A DNA stretch of 64,000 nt from Octopus vulgaris. Taxonomy: Eukaryota. The stretch spans positions 62,930,001 through 62,994,000 of the forward strand of contig OX597823.1 in NCBI GenBank assembly GCA_951406725.2, given 5' to 3'. Shown piece after piece: positions 1 to 13,724 of the stretch (the first letter of the stretch is position 1; every line of letters starts with the position of its first letter). The position numbers were made by a program, and so were the translations under genes. The notes beneath the pieces are model-generated. The model was not told where the DNA came from, searched no databases, and was given only the letters and a program-made list of their open reading frames with translations.

Positions 1-93
1 TATGTTTCTGACGAAGAGCTCCGCTAGAAACGTTAATTCATCCTGCTTTCTTTCCCTCGCGTTGTTGTGTTTTCTCTTTGTTGATGTTTGGAT

Positions 94-97
<4 letters not shown>
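1..97 (+). mobile_element. 3' end of Penelope-like element (PLE) with minimal hammerhead motif, ending in (TA)n
   Basis: gttt-CTGACGA-a-gagc-tcc-gcta-GAAA-cgtt (4-34); tail ...tgtttggattaact|atatat matches the PLE 3' end at 56441-56570 and copies at 15377-15547 and 49300-49445. Confidence 0.75.
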
Positions 98-146
<49 letters not shown>

Positions 147-573
147 TTTATGCATAGTAACCTTCATAATTTTATTGAATTAGGTGCATATATTGCCGTA
201 AGAGGAAAAAGTTGCTATCTCTCTATTTTACTCAAGGTAGGCACTGCCTACATTGCCAACCAGGACGGCACGTCGCTAAGATATATAGGTAAGTAGATAA
301 TAGATAGGTACATAGGTAATACGGACAGGCAAACACACACGCAAACACATACACACAAAAGGAGATGGAAACATATGACCGTATACGCACACATTCCACG
401 CACACGCATACACACAAAGGCACATAGGGAGATAAACATCCACACATAACAGACGCACGTACATAGTCACACAAACTCATACGCATAGACACTCAAGCAT
501 GCACACACAAGGAGACAGAGGTACACACACAAATGCACATACAAACACAAACACAAACACACACACAAACGCA

Positions 574-663
<90 letters not shown>

Positions 664-837
664 AAGAAAAAGGCGTGTATGGTCACGGTCCAGCGCAAAC
701 ATTAATTTGTTTAATACACGTTTGCGTTCAAGTGTGAAGTGTATGTATATACTATTAAATGTTCACGCTTCATCTACTTGGGGTCATCAGTAACTACACA
801 CAATCATGTTGCATTAACACACACACACACGCACACT

Positions 838-870
<33 letters not shown>

Positions 871-884
871 ACACACACACGCAC

Positions 885-919
<35 letters not shown>

Positions 920-1537
920 TACGCACGCACTGAATACTAAATGCTTACTAAATATACAACAGCTTCCGGATCTTCGGATCTCATCAAAAATTGACGACTA
1001 AAAGTTCCAGTTGCTCAGTCAACCGAATTAAATCTAAGACCTTCTTCAGTCGCGGTGGCTATGGTTGGCTGCACATTGAAAAATCTCCGTGATGTAGATC
1101 TGGGTAAGATTTATTTTTTAGCGGAAGACTCGCAGCTGCCCCCCGGTCTTCAGAGAAGTACCGAGGCAAAGGTTTGATACTGCTTGGCACCCGTATCGTT
1201 GCAAGTGTCGCTATCAGAATGCAAAACTGCCGGAGCAGATATTGCAAGAGCAGTCTGTATGATCGCCTAATAATTCTGCTAATGCCCTGCCCTGGATTGA
1301 TATTTTATTTTAACGACTCCGAAAGGTTCAAAGGCAAAGTTGTCGTCTGTAGAATTTGAAAGCAGGACACATGGAGTCGGAACAAACAATGCGAGACATT
1401 CTGTCTCAGTCACCTGAAATACTTAACTACCTACAACTGAGAACTTCCCTGTATTGAGCGAGCCTGTTGCTAAGCATTTGCGATATAAAGTATTAAAAAA
1501 AACCCTCTGTAGTATTCCACTGATATTTATACACATT

Positions 1538-2072
1538 AAGGCTGCGAGCTGGCAGAAACATTAAGCACGCCGGGCGAAATGCTTAGTAGTACTTCGTCTG
1601 TCTTCACGTTCTGAGTTCAAATTCCGCCGAGGTCGACTTTGCCTTTCATCTTTTCGGGGTCGATAAATTAAGTACCAGTTACGTACTGGGGTCGATGTCA
1701 TCGACTTAATCCATTTGTGTGTCTTTGTTTGTCCCTTCTATGTTTAGCTCCTTATGGGCAATAAAGAAATAAGAATTTCGTCTGTCTTAACGGTCTGAGT
1801 TCAAATTCCGCTGAGATCGACTTTGCCTTTCTTCCTTTTAAATGCGGCGAGCTGGCAGAATCGTTAGCACGCTGGGCGAAATGCTTAGAGGTATTTCGTC
1901 TGCCGCTACGTTCTGAGTTCAAATTCCGCCGAGGTCGACTTTGCCTTTCATCTTTTCGGGGTCGATTAAATAAGTACCAGTTACGCACTGGGGTCGATAT
2001 AATCGACTTAATCCGTTTGTCTGTCCTTGTTTGTCCACTCTATGTTTAGCCCCTTGTGTAGTAAAGAAATAA
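1538..2072 (+). mobile_element. tandem tRNA-derived SINEs with Nin/Deu-like central domain (2 full, 1 partial)
   Basis: A-box-like TGGCAGAA, B-box GAGTTCAAATTCC, then GCCTTTCATCYTTTCGGGGTCGATAAATTAAGTACCAG; many copies in the window. Confidence 0.8.
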
Positions 2073-2659
2073 ATATTTATACCCATTACATGATATATAG
2101 ACAGCAAAATGACAGACTCATTAAAGCTTAGGATAGAATAATTTGTGGTATTTGTTCTGCCTGTCTGTGCGCTGAGTCCAAACCCGACCAGGGCAACTTT
2201 ACGTGTCATCATATCGGATCCGATGAAATAAAGTAGCCAGTACAGGGCTGGAAGAATCATTAGCGCATCAAATAAAATACCTGGAAGAATCATTAGCGCA
2301 TCAAATAAAATACCTTGTGATATTTGTTCGGGCTATTAAATATTATAATTGGTATCAGTGTGGTGTTTGTGTATGTGTGTGTGCGTGCGCGCGCTAAACA
2401 TATCAATAAGGCTAATTACCTTATTGATCTATTTAGTATAGATCTTTGTTTCTGATTATGAAAGAGTCAGGCATATAATTGTATTTGTCACATTACCAGG
2501 AGTTAAATACAATATTGATTATTGATTATGGATAAATAATTATCATAAAATGGACGGGAAAAGCAACTTCATGAGACATTAATCTCTAAGCATAAAACAT
2601 CAACAAAACGTAAAGCCGATATCTGTCACGCAGTTTCAATCTGCCCACGTTTGGTTTGC

Positions 2660-3040
2660 GTGCCATGCTGGAGCACCCGCCTTTAGTCGAGCCAATCGAC
2701 CCCAGGACTTATTCTTTGTAAGCCTAGTACTTATTCTCTCGGTCTCTTTTGCCGAACCGCTAAGTTACGGGGGCGTAAACACACCAGCATCGGTTGTCAA
2801 GCGATGTTGGAGGTGGGGGGACAAACACAGACACACAAACATATACACACACATACACACACACACACACACATATATACATATATACGACGAGCTTCTT
2901 TCAGTTTCCGTCTACCAAATCCACTCACAAGGCTTTGGTCGGTCCGAGGCTATAGTAGAAGATACTTGCCCAAGGTGCCACGCAGTGGGACTGAACCCGG
3001 AACCATGTTGTTGGTAAGCAAGCTATTTACCACACTGCCA
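2660..3040 (-). mobile_element. composite tRNA-derived SINE (CORE-like ccttgggcaag, internal TA/TG microsatellite, CR1-like tail)
   Basis: reverse complement of the 34447-34847 family. Confidence 0.8.
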
Positions 3041-3787
3041 TGGCCCGTTTTTTTTTTTTAATATCTGGTTGAACAGGTGGGTAGTATCTCTGAAATTTTG
3101 TTGTATGATGTCTTCCATGTATGTATGTATGTATGTATGTATGTATGTATGTATGTATGTATGTATGTATGTATGTATGTACTGTAAATCTTTGAGTATA
3201 GTCCGGCCTTGAGTATAATACGCAGGGGCTTATAGGGGTCTGTACCTCTGAAAAACTTAAACCTTGTGTATAATACGCACCCCTTCTCTAACTTGAGTCG
3301 TGCATAGTTAAGCCAGCTAGTCGAACAAACACTTCTGCGCATGCGTAATACAATAATGGTGGTGTTCTTAACTGTTATATGGGAATGTATTCATGTACAT
3401 GCGCACATACGTATGTATGTATACACAAGTATAATATCTATTTTCCGGAAAGGCTTTGGTTCCAAAGCCTTTTCGGTTTGCTGATTTTTCCGAACCAGAG
3501 GTATTCCCCTTGTTCAAAATTTTCTAAATTAAACAAATATTAAATATATTTAGTTAATTAAATGAAATACAGGCACTTGTACATTAGCATAAGTTATAGA
3601 AGTTTATTAATATTGTATTGTACAAGGAATTAATAAATTAATCAGGGAGCCGTGGGAACTTGAAGCTCCTACTCGAAAATTAGTACGGATTGAGGTACCG
3701 GATCATCAGTGTGTGGAAAGTCGGTATATGTGTATATATACATACATACATACATACATACATACATACATACATACATACATACAT

Positions 3788-3841
<54 letters not shown>

Positions 3842-4108
3842 GTATGTATATGCATGTATATATGTATATGCATGTATATATATATATATATACGGATATA
3901 TATATATGTATACATATATGTGTGTGTATATATATATATATACATATATACACACGTGCGTGCATACATTTATACATACGTACGTACATACATGCATGAC
4001 ATTTCAATCTGTTCGATCTGGCAAAATATAATCCAAATTGATAATCCTATTAACAACTCACCTCAGACAATTAGAAATCTGTATTAGAACAATTAGCAAC
4101 CTAAGAGA

Positions 4109-4168
<60 letters not shown>

Positions 4169-4266
4169 CAGACAGACAGACAGAGGGAGAGAGACAGACA
4201 AACAGAAACAGACACTGAGATATATATAGGTAGGTGGGTTTGGATGGATGGATAGAAAGATAGATA

Positions 4267-4365
<99 letters not shown>

Positions 4366-4799
4366 GTGAGTAAATTATAGAGAAAGAGGATAACTATGAA
4401 CAATTGATTCGAAACAAATAACTTCTTTACCCAGATTATAAATTTACATTTATACCAATAAAAATTGGCGCTCTTGGTTTAGCTAGTAAATGCCTAAATA
4501 ATAATCTTGAAAGTAGAATTTTCAGAAAAAGAAACCGACCAGTTAGCACGCTCATTGCCGATATAATCTGTAAAGAGAACAGTAAAAATATGCGAGACTT
4601 TTCTCAAGTTCAAAATGTGAATTTGAGTTTGTTATCTATATTCCAATGTCGGAACATTGTGCCTTTGTTAGAAAGCAGCGCCTTTCTTACAGGAAGACTT
4701 CAAATAAGAAGAATACAAGTTTGTGTGTGTGTGTGTACGTACGCACGCACGTACGTACGTACGTATGTATGTATGTATGTCGCCATGATAGATCGTTAG

Positions 4800-4984
4800 C
4801 CACTACACACATTGTTTTTCTCTCCTTGTTTCTCTCCGTGTTTTTTTCTGTGTCCTTTTCTGGAGAAGAGCGTAGGCTCGAAACGTAAAAGACTTTTTCT
4901 ATTCCTGAGCGTTATACTAATACATCTGTTTGTTTTGTACACCACCTGTCTTCGTGTTTTGCTTTTTTTCGTAAAACTCTCCCT
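4800..4984 (+). mobile_element. PLE 3' end, variant family, with hammerhead-like motif (4855-4891)
   Basis: tttt-CTGGAGA-a-gagc-gtag-gctc-GAAA-cgta-aaag, followed by ttcctgagcg as in the other PLE tails; ends in (TATG)n. Confidence 0.65.
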
Positions 4985-5618
4985 ATGTATGTATGTATGT
5001 ATGTATGTATGTATGTATGTATGTATGTATGTATGTATGTATGTATGTATGTATGTGTACGTGTGTGCGTGTATTTGTGTGCTTGTTTGTATGTGTATGT
5101 GTACATGTGTGCGTGTGTGTACGCGTGGGCATGTATTCGTTTGAATTTACAAACAAGAGGAAAAAAGCCATTACTGAAACAGAAGTCAGTTATTTCTTGC
5201 AGAGCTAAGTTTAAACTGTTCTTGTTACTCTGAGTTTCGTGACTATCCTCGTTGATCACGCATGTATGTATATATTTATGAACACACAGACGGACACGCA
5301 CACACACGCACACACACGCACAAACACACATGCACACACATATATACACACACACACATGCACATACACACATGTCAGATTTGTATTTGTCCAACGAGTG
5401 ACTTGGTCTGAGACGGCGTGTATAAGCTGAAGAAGCAAATTCATTGAAGAACGATGCTAACCACTTGATAATACATATTTTAGTTAAATTTACAAGGCCA
5501 GATCACGTGATTTGGTAGACCCGGCGGCAGCGATGGCGGCTGATTTATCTTGCGCTAGCGATATAAAAAAGAGTTCTTATATGCATCACAAGTCCATATG
5601 AGGGTCTCTCATGGTATT

Positions 5619-6002
5619 GGAAGCACTCCGTCGGTTACGACGATGAGGGTTCCGGTTGATCCGAATCAACGGAACAGCCTGCTCGTGAAATTAACGTGTA
5701 AGTGGCCGAGCACTCCACAGACACGTGCACCCTTAACGTAGTTCTCGGGGATATTCAGCGTGACACAGAGAGTGACAAGGTCGGCCATTTGAAATACAGG
5801 TACAACTGAAACAAGAAGTAAGAGTGAGAGAAAGTTGTGGTGAAAGAATACAGCAGGGATCACCACCATCCCCTGCCGGAGCCTCGTGGAGCTTTTAGTT
5901 GTTTTCGCTCAATAAACACTCACAACGCCCGGTCTGGGAATCGAAACCGCGATCCTATGACCGCGAGTCCGCTGCCCTAACCACTGGGCCATTGCGCCTC
6001 CT
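5619..6002 (-). mobile_element. tRNA-derived SINE (tRNA-Arg-like head) with 12-bp target-site duplication
   Basis: TSD tctcatggtatt at 5607-5618 and 6003-6014; head ggcccagtggttagg...ggtttcgattccc. Confidence 0.85.
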
Positions 6003-6165
6003 TCTCATGGTATTATACGAAACAACGTTCTCAATCAACGGCACACAGTTAACTACTTACTCCGAACAACTGACAATTTTTTTTATATAACAATGAATCA
6101 GTCCACTTTTAGTCACTTAGTGGTGGTGGGTCGGAATCCTTTCACAACTATATATATATATATCT

Positions 6166-6388
6166 TTACTACCCACAAGGGGCTAAACACAGAGGGGACA
6201 AACAAGGACAAACGGATTAAGTCGATTACATCGATCTCCAGTGCGTAACTGGTACTTAATTTATCGACCCCGAAAGGATGAAAGTCAAAGTCGACCTCGG
6301 CGGATGTTGAACCCAGAACGTAACGGCAGACGAAATACGGCGACGCATTTCGCCCGGCGTGCTAACGTTTCTGCCAGCTCGCCGCCCG
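6166..6388 (-). mobile_element. Nin/Deu-domain tRNA SINE
   Basis: reverse complement of the 1841-2072 family. Confidence 0.8.
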
Positions 6389-6391
6389 CAC

Positions 6392-6526
<135 letters not shown>

Positions 6527-6530
6527 TATA

Positions 6531-9500
6531 CACCTCACCTCGATGCTCCTACTGAACATCAGAGGACTGCAAACACTCAGTAACAGGACAAAAATCCCGT
6601 TCCTGAGAGACTTTGTTGCATGCAATCAAGCCTTATGCATAGCACTTACGGAAACGCACCTGAAACCGGATATAGCAGATGCGGAGTTACACATACCACA
6701 GTATGCTGTACTACGGACCGACAGGAAAGAAAGGAGTCATGGAGGTGTTGCTATGTACATCCGTGAGGACCTCACACCCCAGGTCCTCTTGTCATACTCA
6801 AACTCGGTGTGTGACACACTAATTGTACATATTAGGCAACTTGATGTAGTTGTGTGTGCTACATATCGCCCTCCAGATGCCCCAAGCCATGTGGGCAAGT
6901 TTGAAGACTGCCTTATAAAAATAGAAGAAGTTCTAACCACATTAGAACAACACATAAGTGTACTTCTTATGGGAGACTTCAATCTGCCCAATGTCAGATG
7001 GCCCGAGGGCCTTTCTCTCCCAGGAATGACAAGATGTGAACGAGGACAGGCGAGGTCCCTCCTGAACCTCATCAACACCCTGTACATGGAGCAGGTAATA
7101 CTCCAACCAACCAGGGCAGGTAACACACTGGATCTCTGCTTCACAAATGACATGGATCTCATCCATAATGTGAAAGTGACACCGACACTACTCTCGGATC
7201 ACAACATGATAGAGCTGACCATGTACGGGCCAAAAGAGAGCACGGACATGCAGCCTACAAGAAACCCTCAGAATCTTTCCAGCTTGAACTACCATAAGGC
7301 AAACTGGAAACAAATTGAGAAAGAGATCCTCAAACAAAACTGGCCTAAATGTCTCTCCTCGCCAGACATCGACGTGAAACTTCAACAATTCATGTCTGTA
7401 ATGCAAGCCATATGCTACAAATGTGTCCCAGAGAGAAAGGCCACTGTACACAAGAACAAAATCCCCAGAGAGAGGAAAATTTTAATGAGAAGGCGTACAA
7501 AATTTTCAAATCGCCTAAACAAACAGATTGAAAGCAGTGAAAAGTCCCGCCTAAAAATAAAACTGTTGGAAATCGAAAAATGTCTGCAACTCTCCCATGA
7601 AAAGGAAAGAGCAGACAAAGAAGCCTGGGCTATAGACAACATAAAATCTAACCCCAGAGCTTTCTACAGGTATGCCAAAGAAACAGCTACGGTGCACTGT
7701 AGAATAGGGCCACTCCTCGAAAAGGATGGCACACTTACAGGAAAACCAATGAGGGTAAGTGAAATACTGAATGAGCAATTCAAGAGTGTTTTCACTCCAC
7801 CCCTTGGGCATCTCCAAATCACCAATCCAACTGACTTTTTTACCACTACAGATATAAAATCAGAGGCGGCGACGATAGATTACATCGATATAAAGGAAGA
7901 CGATGTAATCAAGGCTATAGATGAAATGAAAACAGACTCAGCTACTGGCCCCGATGGATTCCCGGCAATCCTCCTAAAAGCATGTAAGAGAGTCCTAGCA
8001 AGACCACTGCAGTTCCTCTTTCAGAGCTTCCTTGCAGCTGGCAAACTCCCAAGAAAACTGAAGGAAGGTAAAATATGCCCCATTCATAAAGGAGGTAGCA
8101 GAGCGGAAGCCAAGAACTATAGACCTATCTCTCTGACCTCACACATCAGCAAGGTCATGGAACGAATAGTCAGAAGGAAGCTGATCACCTTCCTTGAAGA
8201 GAATGACTTGCTGCCCGACACCCAACATGTTTTCCGACCAGGGAGAAGCTGTTTAACTCAGCTCCTACAACACTATGACTGGGTGCTGAAACGGCTGCTC
8301 AACCACTCAAATGTGGAAGTGATATATCTCGACTTTGCAAAGGCCTTTGATAAAGTCGATCATGGAATGATATGTCACAAACTGCGTGATCTCAACATAG
8401 TTGGAAAACTGGGAGAATGGCTTCATGACTTTCTGAAAGATAGAAGTCAGGTGGTAGTGGCCAATGGGGCCACTTCCATTAACACGCAAATAGTGAGCGG
8501 TGTTCCGCAGGGCACTGTTCTGGGACCACTACTGTTCATAATGGCCCTCTCAGACATGCCCTCAGCCACGCAGAGAGCCACGATCACAAGTTATGCAGAT
8601 GATACAAAAGTTTCACAGGCAATACAGAACCCTGAGGATACTAAACACCTGCAATGTGAGCTAGACAAAATATACAAGTGGGCCGAAAAGAATAGCATGC
8701 AGTTCAATGCTGAAAAGTTTCAAGCTCTATACTATCAGCATGCAAAACTAAATGCAATACCCAATGAATACACTGGACCCGGAGGAATAGCAATCCCAGA
8801 GGCACAATCAGTGCGTGACCTAGGTATTTACATGAGTGATGATGCGACCTTTCGTGTACATGTTGCTAAATTGGCAATGAAATGTAGACGACTGGCCGGA
8901 TGGATCCTCAGAACCTTTAGAACAAGAGAACAAGAAACCATTATGGTCCTCTGGAGGACACTTGTCCTAAGCCACTTTGACTACTGCTCTCAGTTATGGT
9001 CACCATCCAGTGTCAAGTTGATCACAGAGCTCGAGGCGATCCAACGTAGCTACACGAAGAAGATAGCCTCTATGCAGAATGTAAGCTACTGGGAAAGACT
9101 CAAGAGATTAAAACAATATTTCCTGGAGCGTAGGCGGGAAAGATATGCCATAATATACATCTGGATGATCCTGGAGGGACGTGTCCTGAACTTTGGCATC
9201 GAGAGTTACGCAAATGCCAGAACTGGGCGCCACTGCGTGGTGCCTAGGACTCCAAACTTGCCATCAAGATGTAGGACAAGATTCTGTGATAGCCTGGGCT
9301 TCCGAGGCCCACAGCTCTTCAATATCCTCCCGAAGAACCTGAGAGACCTGCATGGGGTGGATGCAGATGTCTTTAAAATGAAGCTGGATCTCTTCCTGTC
9401 AGGTGTCCCAGATGAACCAACTTCACGGCAGGAGGGGCAGATGAGGGCAGCTTCATCGAACTCTCTCATGCACCAAATGGCAGTTGCTAGAAAGCTTTCG

Positions 9501-9591
9501 TGAAGTGAAACCAAGTAGCAACACCAAATGGCGGTGCCCCAGCATGGCCACAGCTCATAAGCTGAAACTAGAATCAATCAATCAATCAATC
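6531..9591 (+). mobile_element. CR1-group non-LTR retrotransposon, 5'-truncated, inserted in (TA)n
   Basis: (TA)n on both sides, long ORF2, short 3' UTR, (AATC)n tail at 9572-9591. Confidence 0.9.
6543..9503 (+). CDS. LINE ORF2: apurinic-like endonuclease + reverse transcriptase (986 aa, uninterrupted)
   Basis: APE motifs NIRG, LTETH, YRPP, GDFN, LDL, SDH; RT motifs [40 protein letters not shown]; CR1-type C-terminus [14 protein letters not shown]. Confidence 0.95.
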   Translation: MLLLNIRGLQTLSNRTKIPFLRDFVACNQALCIALTETHLKPDIADAELHIPQYAVLRTDRKERSHGGVAMYIREDLTPQVLLSYSNSVCDTLIVHIRQLDVVVCATYRPPDAPSHVGKFEDCLIKIEEVLTTLEQHISVLLMGDFNLPNVRWPEGLSLPGMTRCERGQARSLLNLINTLYMEQVILQPTRAGNTLDLCFTNDMDLIHNVKVTPTLLSDHNMIELTMYGPKESTDMQPTRNPQNLSSLNYHKANWKQIEKEILKQNWPKCLSSPDIDVKLQQFMSVMQAICYKCVPERKATVHKNKIPRERKILMRRRTKFSNRLNKQIESSEKSRLKIKLLEIEKCLQLSHEKERADKEAWAIDNIKSNPRAFYRYAKETATVHCRIGPLLEKDGTLTGKPMRVSEILNEQFKSVFTPPLGHLQITNPTDFFTTTDIKSEAATIDYIDIKEDDVIKAIDEMKTDSATGPDGFPAILLKACKRVLARPLQFLFQSFLAAGKLPRKLKEGKICPIHKGGSRAEAKNYRPISLTSHISKVMERIVRRKLITFLEENDLLPDTQHVFRPGRSCLTQLLQHYDWVLKRLLNHSNVEVIYLDFAKAFDKVDHGMICHKLRDLNIVGKLGEWLHDFLKDRSQVVVANGATSINTQIVSGVPQGTVLGPLLFIMALSDMPSATQRATITSYADDTKVSQAIQNPEDTKHLQCELDKIYKWAEKNSMQFNAEKFQALYYQHAKLNAIPNEYTGPGGIAIPEAQSVRDLGIYMSDDATFRVHVAKLAMKCRRLAGWILRTFRTREQETIMVLWRTLVLSHFDYCSQLWSPSSVKLITELEAIQRSYTKKIASMQNVSYWERLKRLKQYFLERRRERYAIIYIWMILEGRVLNFGIESYANARTGRHCVVPRTPNLPSRCRTRFCDSLGFRGPQLFNILPKNLRDLHGVDADVFKMKLDLFLSGVPDEPTSRQEGQMRAASSNSLMHQMAVARKLS

Positions 9592-9649
<58 letters not shown>

Positions 9650-9660
<11 letters not shown>

Positions 9661-9871
9661 TGTGTCTGTGTTTGTCCCCTAGCATTGCTTGACAACCGAT
9701 GCTGGTGTGTTTACGTCCCCGTCACTTAGCGGTTCGACAAAAGAGACCAATAGAATAAGTACTGGGTTTACAAAGAATAAGTCCCGGGGTCGATTTGCTC
9801 GACTAAAGGCGATGCTCCAGCATGGCCGCAGTCAAATGACTGAAACATGTAAAAGTAAAGTAAGTAAAGTA
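9650..9871 (+). mobile_element. 3' half of composite SINE
   Basis: matches 34625-34847; tail (GTAAA)n. Confidence 0.8.
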
Positions 9872-10784
9872 ATGTTTTTTTTTTTAATAAGTAAAAGCAT
9901 CGTAAGAGTTAGTGATGTGTCTTTGGTCTATGTTGTGGGTGTACGTCCATCTGTTTTCCTCACGTGACCACTAGATCTTTCAAGATCCCTCTTGAAAAAA
10001 TCTAATCCCTGATAACGACGTGGTTTCACGTATCGACCGCCAGCAGCCGTGTAGGGGCATTAGTTACAAATCTAAGGAAGAGGCGGTGGTTATTTGTTTT
10101 CATGGGGATGGAAGCTGTTCTAATCGATAAGTATCGAACGGCAACATACATTAATATATCTCACATCAGAGCAAAGCCTTCAGATGACCACCTGACCTGC
10201 TGGAAATGACAGCTAAATCTCCTTCAATATGCTCGGAAATTTTCAAGAATTTATTTTCAAAAACTCTGAGTCGGCGAGACGAGACGTCTTTTTTGCCTTG
10301 TTTCTTTCTTTCTTTTTTAATGAACTCATTTGATAATGTAGTGCAAGGTGCACAATGTCTGGAAAATGGACGGGATGGTCATTGTTGGGTTGTTTTTGAA
10401 GATAGATCTAACTGATTAAGGATGACCTGGAGCTAAACATTAACAACACAACACCTACCATCATCACATCAGCATTATGCTCAACAACATTAACAATTGC
10501 ACTAACATTATTTTCATAAACCACAACCATCACTGTTGTCAACACAGGACAATTGCCACCATCGCCAACACCAGCACCAACACTATCATCATCAATACAA
10601 TAATCTTGATGATTCCAACCATCACTAATACTACCAGTACCACAACCCCCACAACCAGTACCATCAGCCATCAACGCTCAAACGAGCCAACATGAGGACC
10701 TTTATGTGATCAACCAACATACACTATTTGCAACCAAACGTTTTCTAAATGCTCAAAAGTTAGAGATTGTTTTTCTTTTTTCTA

Positions 10785-11080
10785 GTCGCTACTTGACTGT
10801 ATAATAGAGTAACTGTTGTCCTTTTCTTCCATACTGATGACCTACAAGATGTAGAAACAGTCTGTCTGTAGATGTAGGGTCACTACTTGATTGTATAAAA
10901 GAGTAACTATTGTCCTTTTCTTCTATACTGATGACCTACAAGATGTAGAAACAGTCTGTCTGTAGATGTAGGACAAATATTAAATAAGAAATGTATAAAC
11001 AATATAACATTATTGTCTTTTTATTCCATACTGATAACCTATAAGATTCAGATATAGTCTGTCTATAGATGGAGGACAAT
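10785..11080 (+). ncRNA. tandem array of three type I hammerhead motifs (two 94-bp units plus a decayed third)
   Basis: CTGATGA at 10834 and 10928 (CTGATAA at 11031); stem II TACA/TGTA; GAAA; stem III ACAG-T-CTGT; GTC site; stem I tctata/tgtaga extended by ttgtcct/aggacaa. Confidence 0.7.
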
Positions 11081-11689
11081 TATTAAATATGAAATGCATA
11101 AAAATATATATAACATGTTTAGTTACTTGCTTATAATAATTTTTGTAAATAGTTGTTTTAAAAAAGCATGGTGTCGGTGAAAAAAGCCTACGAAAAAGAA
11201 GAGAGGAAATGTCAATGAAAATGAGAAGGTGCAAAAGGAGTAGATGAAAAAGGAAGAACTAATCAAACTACTTCCTGAGCAACATTGCTGCTAACCGCAA
11301 CAGTGACACAGCTCAAAACAGCGTCTACGATCGCCACTTCATTGCGTCCATAACCACTAACTCCACCACAAACTACAACAATGAGACAATGTAGAAGGCT
11401 TCTACATAACCCCTCGATATCAGAAATAGCGATTGAAGCTCCCTCAAATAACATCCCACTGTCTTAGAAAAGAACACGTTGGATAACGTTGGTGTTTTGG
11501 GGAAAATAATGCAGAGTTTTCGGACTAGCAACTTCAAGCTCTGATATATCTGATTTCTTTCTTCTTCTCAGCACAAGTACATTCTGAAATTGCTTTTTAT
11601 ACTCTTCATTATATTTTTATCATTTATACTATATTTTTATACTTATAAATATTTTTATCACTTATACTGTAGGAACAGGGCCTGGATTT

Positions 11690-11826
11690 TTGTAGAGAGG
11701 GGGATATCGATTACATCGACACCAGTACTCAACTGGTACTTAATTTATCAACCCCGAAAGGATGAAAGGCAAAGTTGACCTCGGCGGAATTTGAACTCAG
11801 AACGTAACGGCAAACGAAATACCACT
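11690..11826 (-). mobile_element. partial Nin/Deu-domain SINE
   Basis: ctggtacttaatttatcaaccccgaaaggatgaaaggc...gaatttgaactc. Confidence 0.7.
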
Positions 11827-11941
11827 AAAGTGAAGTGTTTTTGAGCTATCTTCTTTCGAAAAACGGGTAGCAGGTTATTTTGCAGTTATCTATAACAATG
11901 TCCTTGCTTTCTTGACTAAATATTATATATTCCAGTAAATA

Positions 11942-12201
11942 AAGTAAAAAATGAATGCTCCCTTTTAAAGCCTAGCCAGACTCATGGGGCCGGTTTCCTG
12001 GTTTTAATGGCGTATGTGTTTCCCAGCTGGACGGGACGCCAGCCCATCACAGCGTTACTCATTTTTGCCGGCTGAGTGGACTGGAGCAACGTGAAATGAA
12101 GTGTTTTGCTCAAGAACACAACGCGTCGCCCGGTCCAGAAATCGAAACCACAATCTTATGATTATGTTGCTGACACCCTAACCACTAAGCCGCGCGCCTC
12201 C
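11942..12201 (-). mobile_element. tRNA-derived CORE-like SINE with 13-bp TSD
   Basis: TSD attccagtaaata at 11929-11941 and 12202-12214; head ggcttagtggttagg...gtttcgatt; core ttcttgagcaaaacactt. Confidence 0.8.
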
Positions 12202-13502
12202 ATTCCAGTAAATAGTTTTTTTGATAATTTTTTAATCGCAGAAGAAAGCTAATTTGCTGTGTTCGCGGTAAATGTAATTTTTTTTTCTGTGACGACTCTA
12301 ACAAAAAAAAAAACACACTCTAAATAATACCTGACGCCCTTGTGACAAATAAAAACTTTTGTTATTCTTGTTTCCCCTATCTTGTTTTTGTAATATAACA
12401 TAATTTCTCACTTAAAATGTTATAACAATTGTTTATTACCGAAGTAGCTAGGGTATTAATAATTCTTACTTCATTGTTAGCTATTATGCCACTGTTAAGT
12501 ATTAATCTAATGCGTCTATAATCTTTTCTTTCGCTTGTGTGTATTGTGCATTGTCTAGATCGTTAATCCGTAAGTATTTGTAAGTTTGTTCTTAGTATAA
12601 TTCTCTTTTGTCTCTTTATCTTACGTGATATTATTTATATTTATTACTTTTTGCCTTAAGATTTTTCTTTCTAAAATGAATATATGCTTGTTTTCTTATT
12701 AAGTCTGTGTTCCATGTAAAATAGAATTTCCTCCAGTGTTTTTTCTTTTTTCTTTTTCACCTTTTAAAAATTTATTCGAGGTATATAGCTTGTGGTTTTC
12801 CATATACAGGGGAAGACTTACTATCACTCATATCACTTACACCGGTTGGTTTAGCATGTTGCTTAGATGTGTTAATGATAGACAGAAGAGGAATGGAGAG
12901 AGAGAAAATTCCCCGAATAATGATTGGATTCCTGTGTTTACGTCTCTTCTTTTTCCTTCTATTTATCCGTGTACTCTTCTGTGTATCTACTTCAGTTATT
13001 GAATTATTCATAAGTACGGTTTCCTGAATTCACGAAGTTAAGTATATTTAAAAAGCCTTGAGAGAATCTTCCAATGTCCAGCTCAAACAATTCTTTTTCT
13101 TCTCCTACAATCTTCAGTTACAGTTTTGATGATCAGTAATATTTACATCCATAAAGGTAGAGACAGCCATGTGGCTAAGAAGAAGCACGCCTGTCAACCA
13201 CAAATTTTCGGGATCGATCTCAACGTGCGGCACTCTAGACAAGTGTTCTCTTCTGCACCCTCTGGTTGGCCCGTGCCTTCTAATTATCTGCAGCGCTCTT
13301 TCAATATTTCTTCTACGTCTGTCTGTTTCTTGGTTTTGTGATCTCCGATAAAGAGAGGAAATTTAAAAGCAACTTAAGGCTTCGTCTCAGGAAAGTAATG
13401 ATATTGTGTATTGTAGGCTATTAGATAGTGAACTGAAACCGAAAGTTGATACAAGTTAATGAAACACACACACAAGCACGTAAACACATACATACACAAA
13501 TA

Positions 13503-13724
13503 CAGCAATCCCTCGCCACATCGCGGTTCACCTATCGCTGTTTATTATCTAAGCTTACGTCGATTCCTCTGTGGTGTTGTTTTGCATTTATAATAAAATA
13601 AATATATAAAAATTGTAAAAATAATTTTAAAAATATACAGTACAATACTGTTTCTGTTTCACGGATGTTCACCTATTGCGTTAGGGTTTAGAATATAACT
13701 CCCACTTTAGTCGAAGTATTACTG
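13503..13724. mobile_element. pogo/Tigger-like MITE
   Basis: TA|cagcaatccctcg ... cgaagtattactg|TA imperfect terminal inverted repeats; internal repeat gttcacctat. Confidence 0.55.

Noticed and set aside
2248-2313. 33-bp tandem duplication (also a ~30-bp one at 58778-58833)
   Set aside because: Ordinary local slippage with no further structure.
3640-3725. CTGATGA on the minus strand (also ~785, ~1045 and plus-strand 39871, 40942)
   Set aside because: No correctly placed GAAA, NUH and stem I, so not called as hammerheads.
78-5444. Many short YI/HT/CV/MYVC ORFs here and throughout the window
   Set aside because: Translations of microsatellites.
10785-11080. CRISPR-like repeat array
   Set aside because: Eukaryotic context; whole units are duplicated, with no unique spacers and no cas genes.
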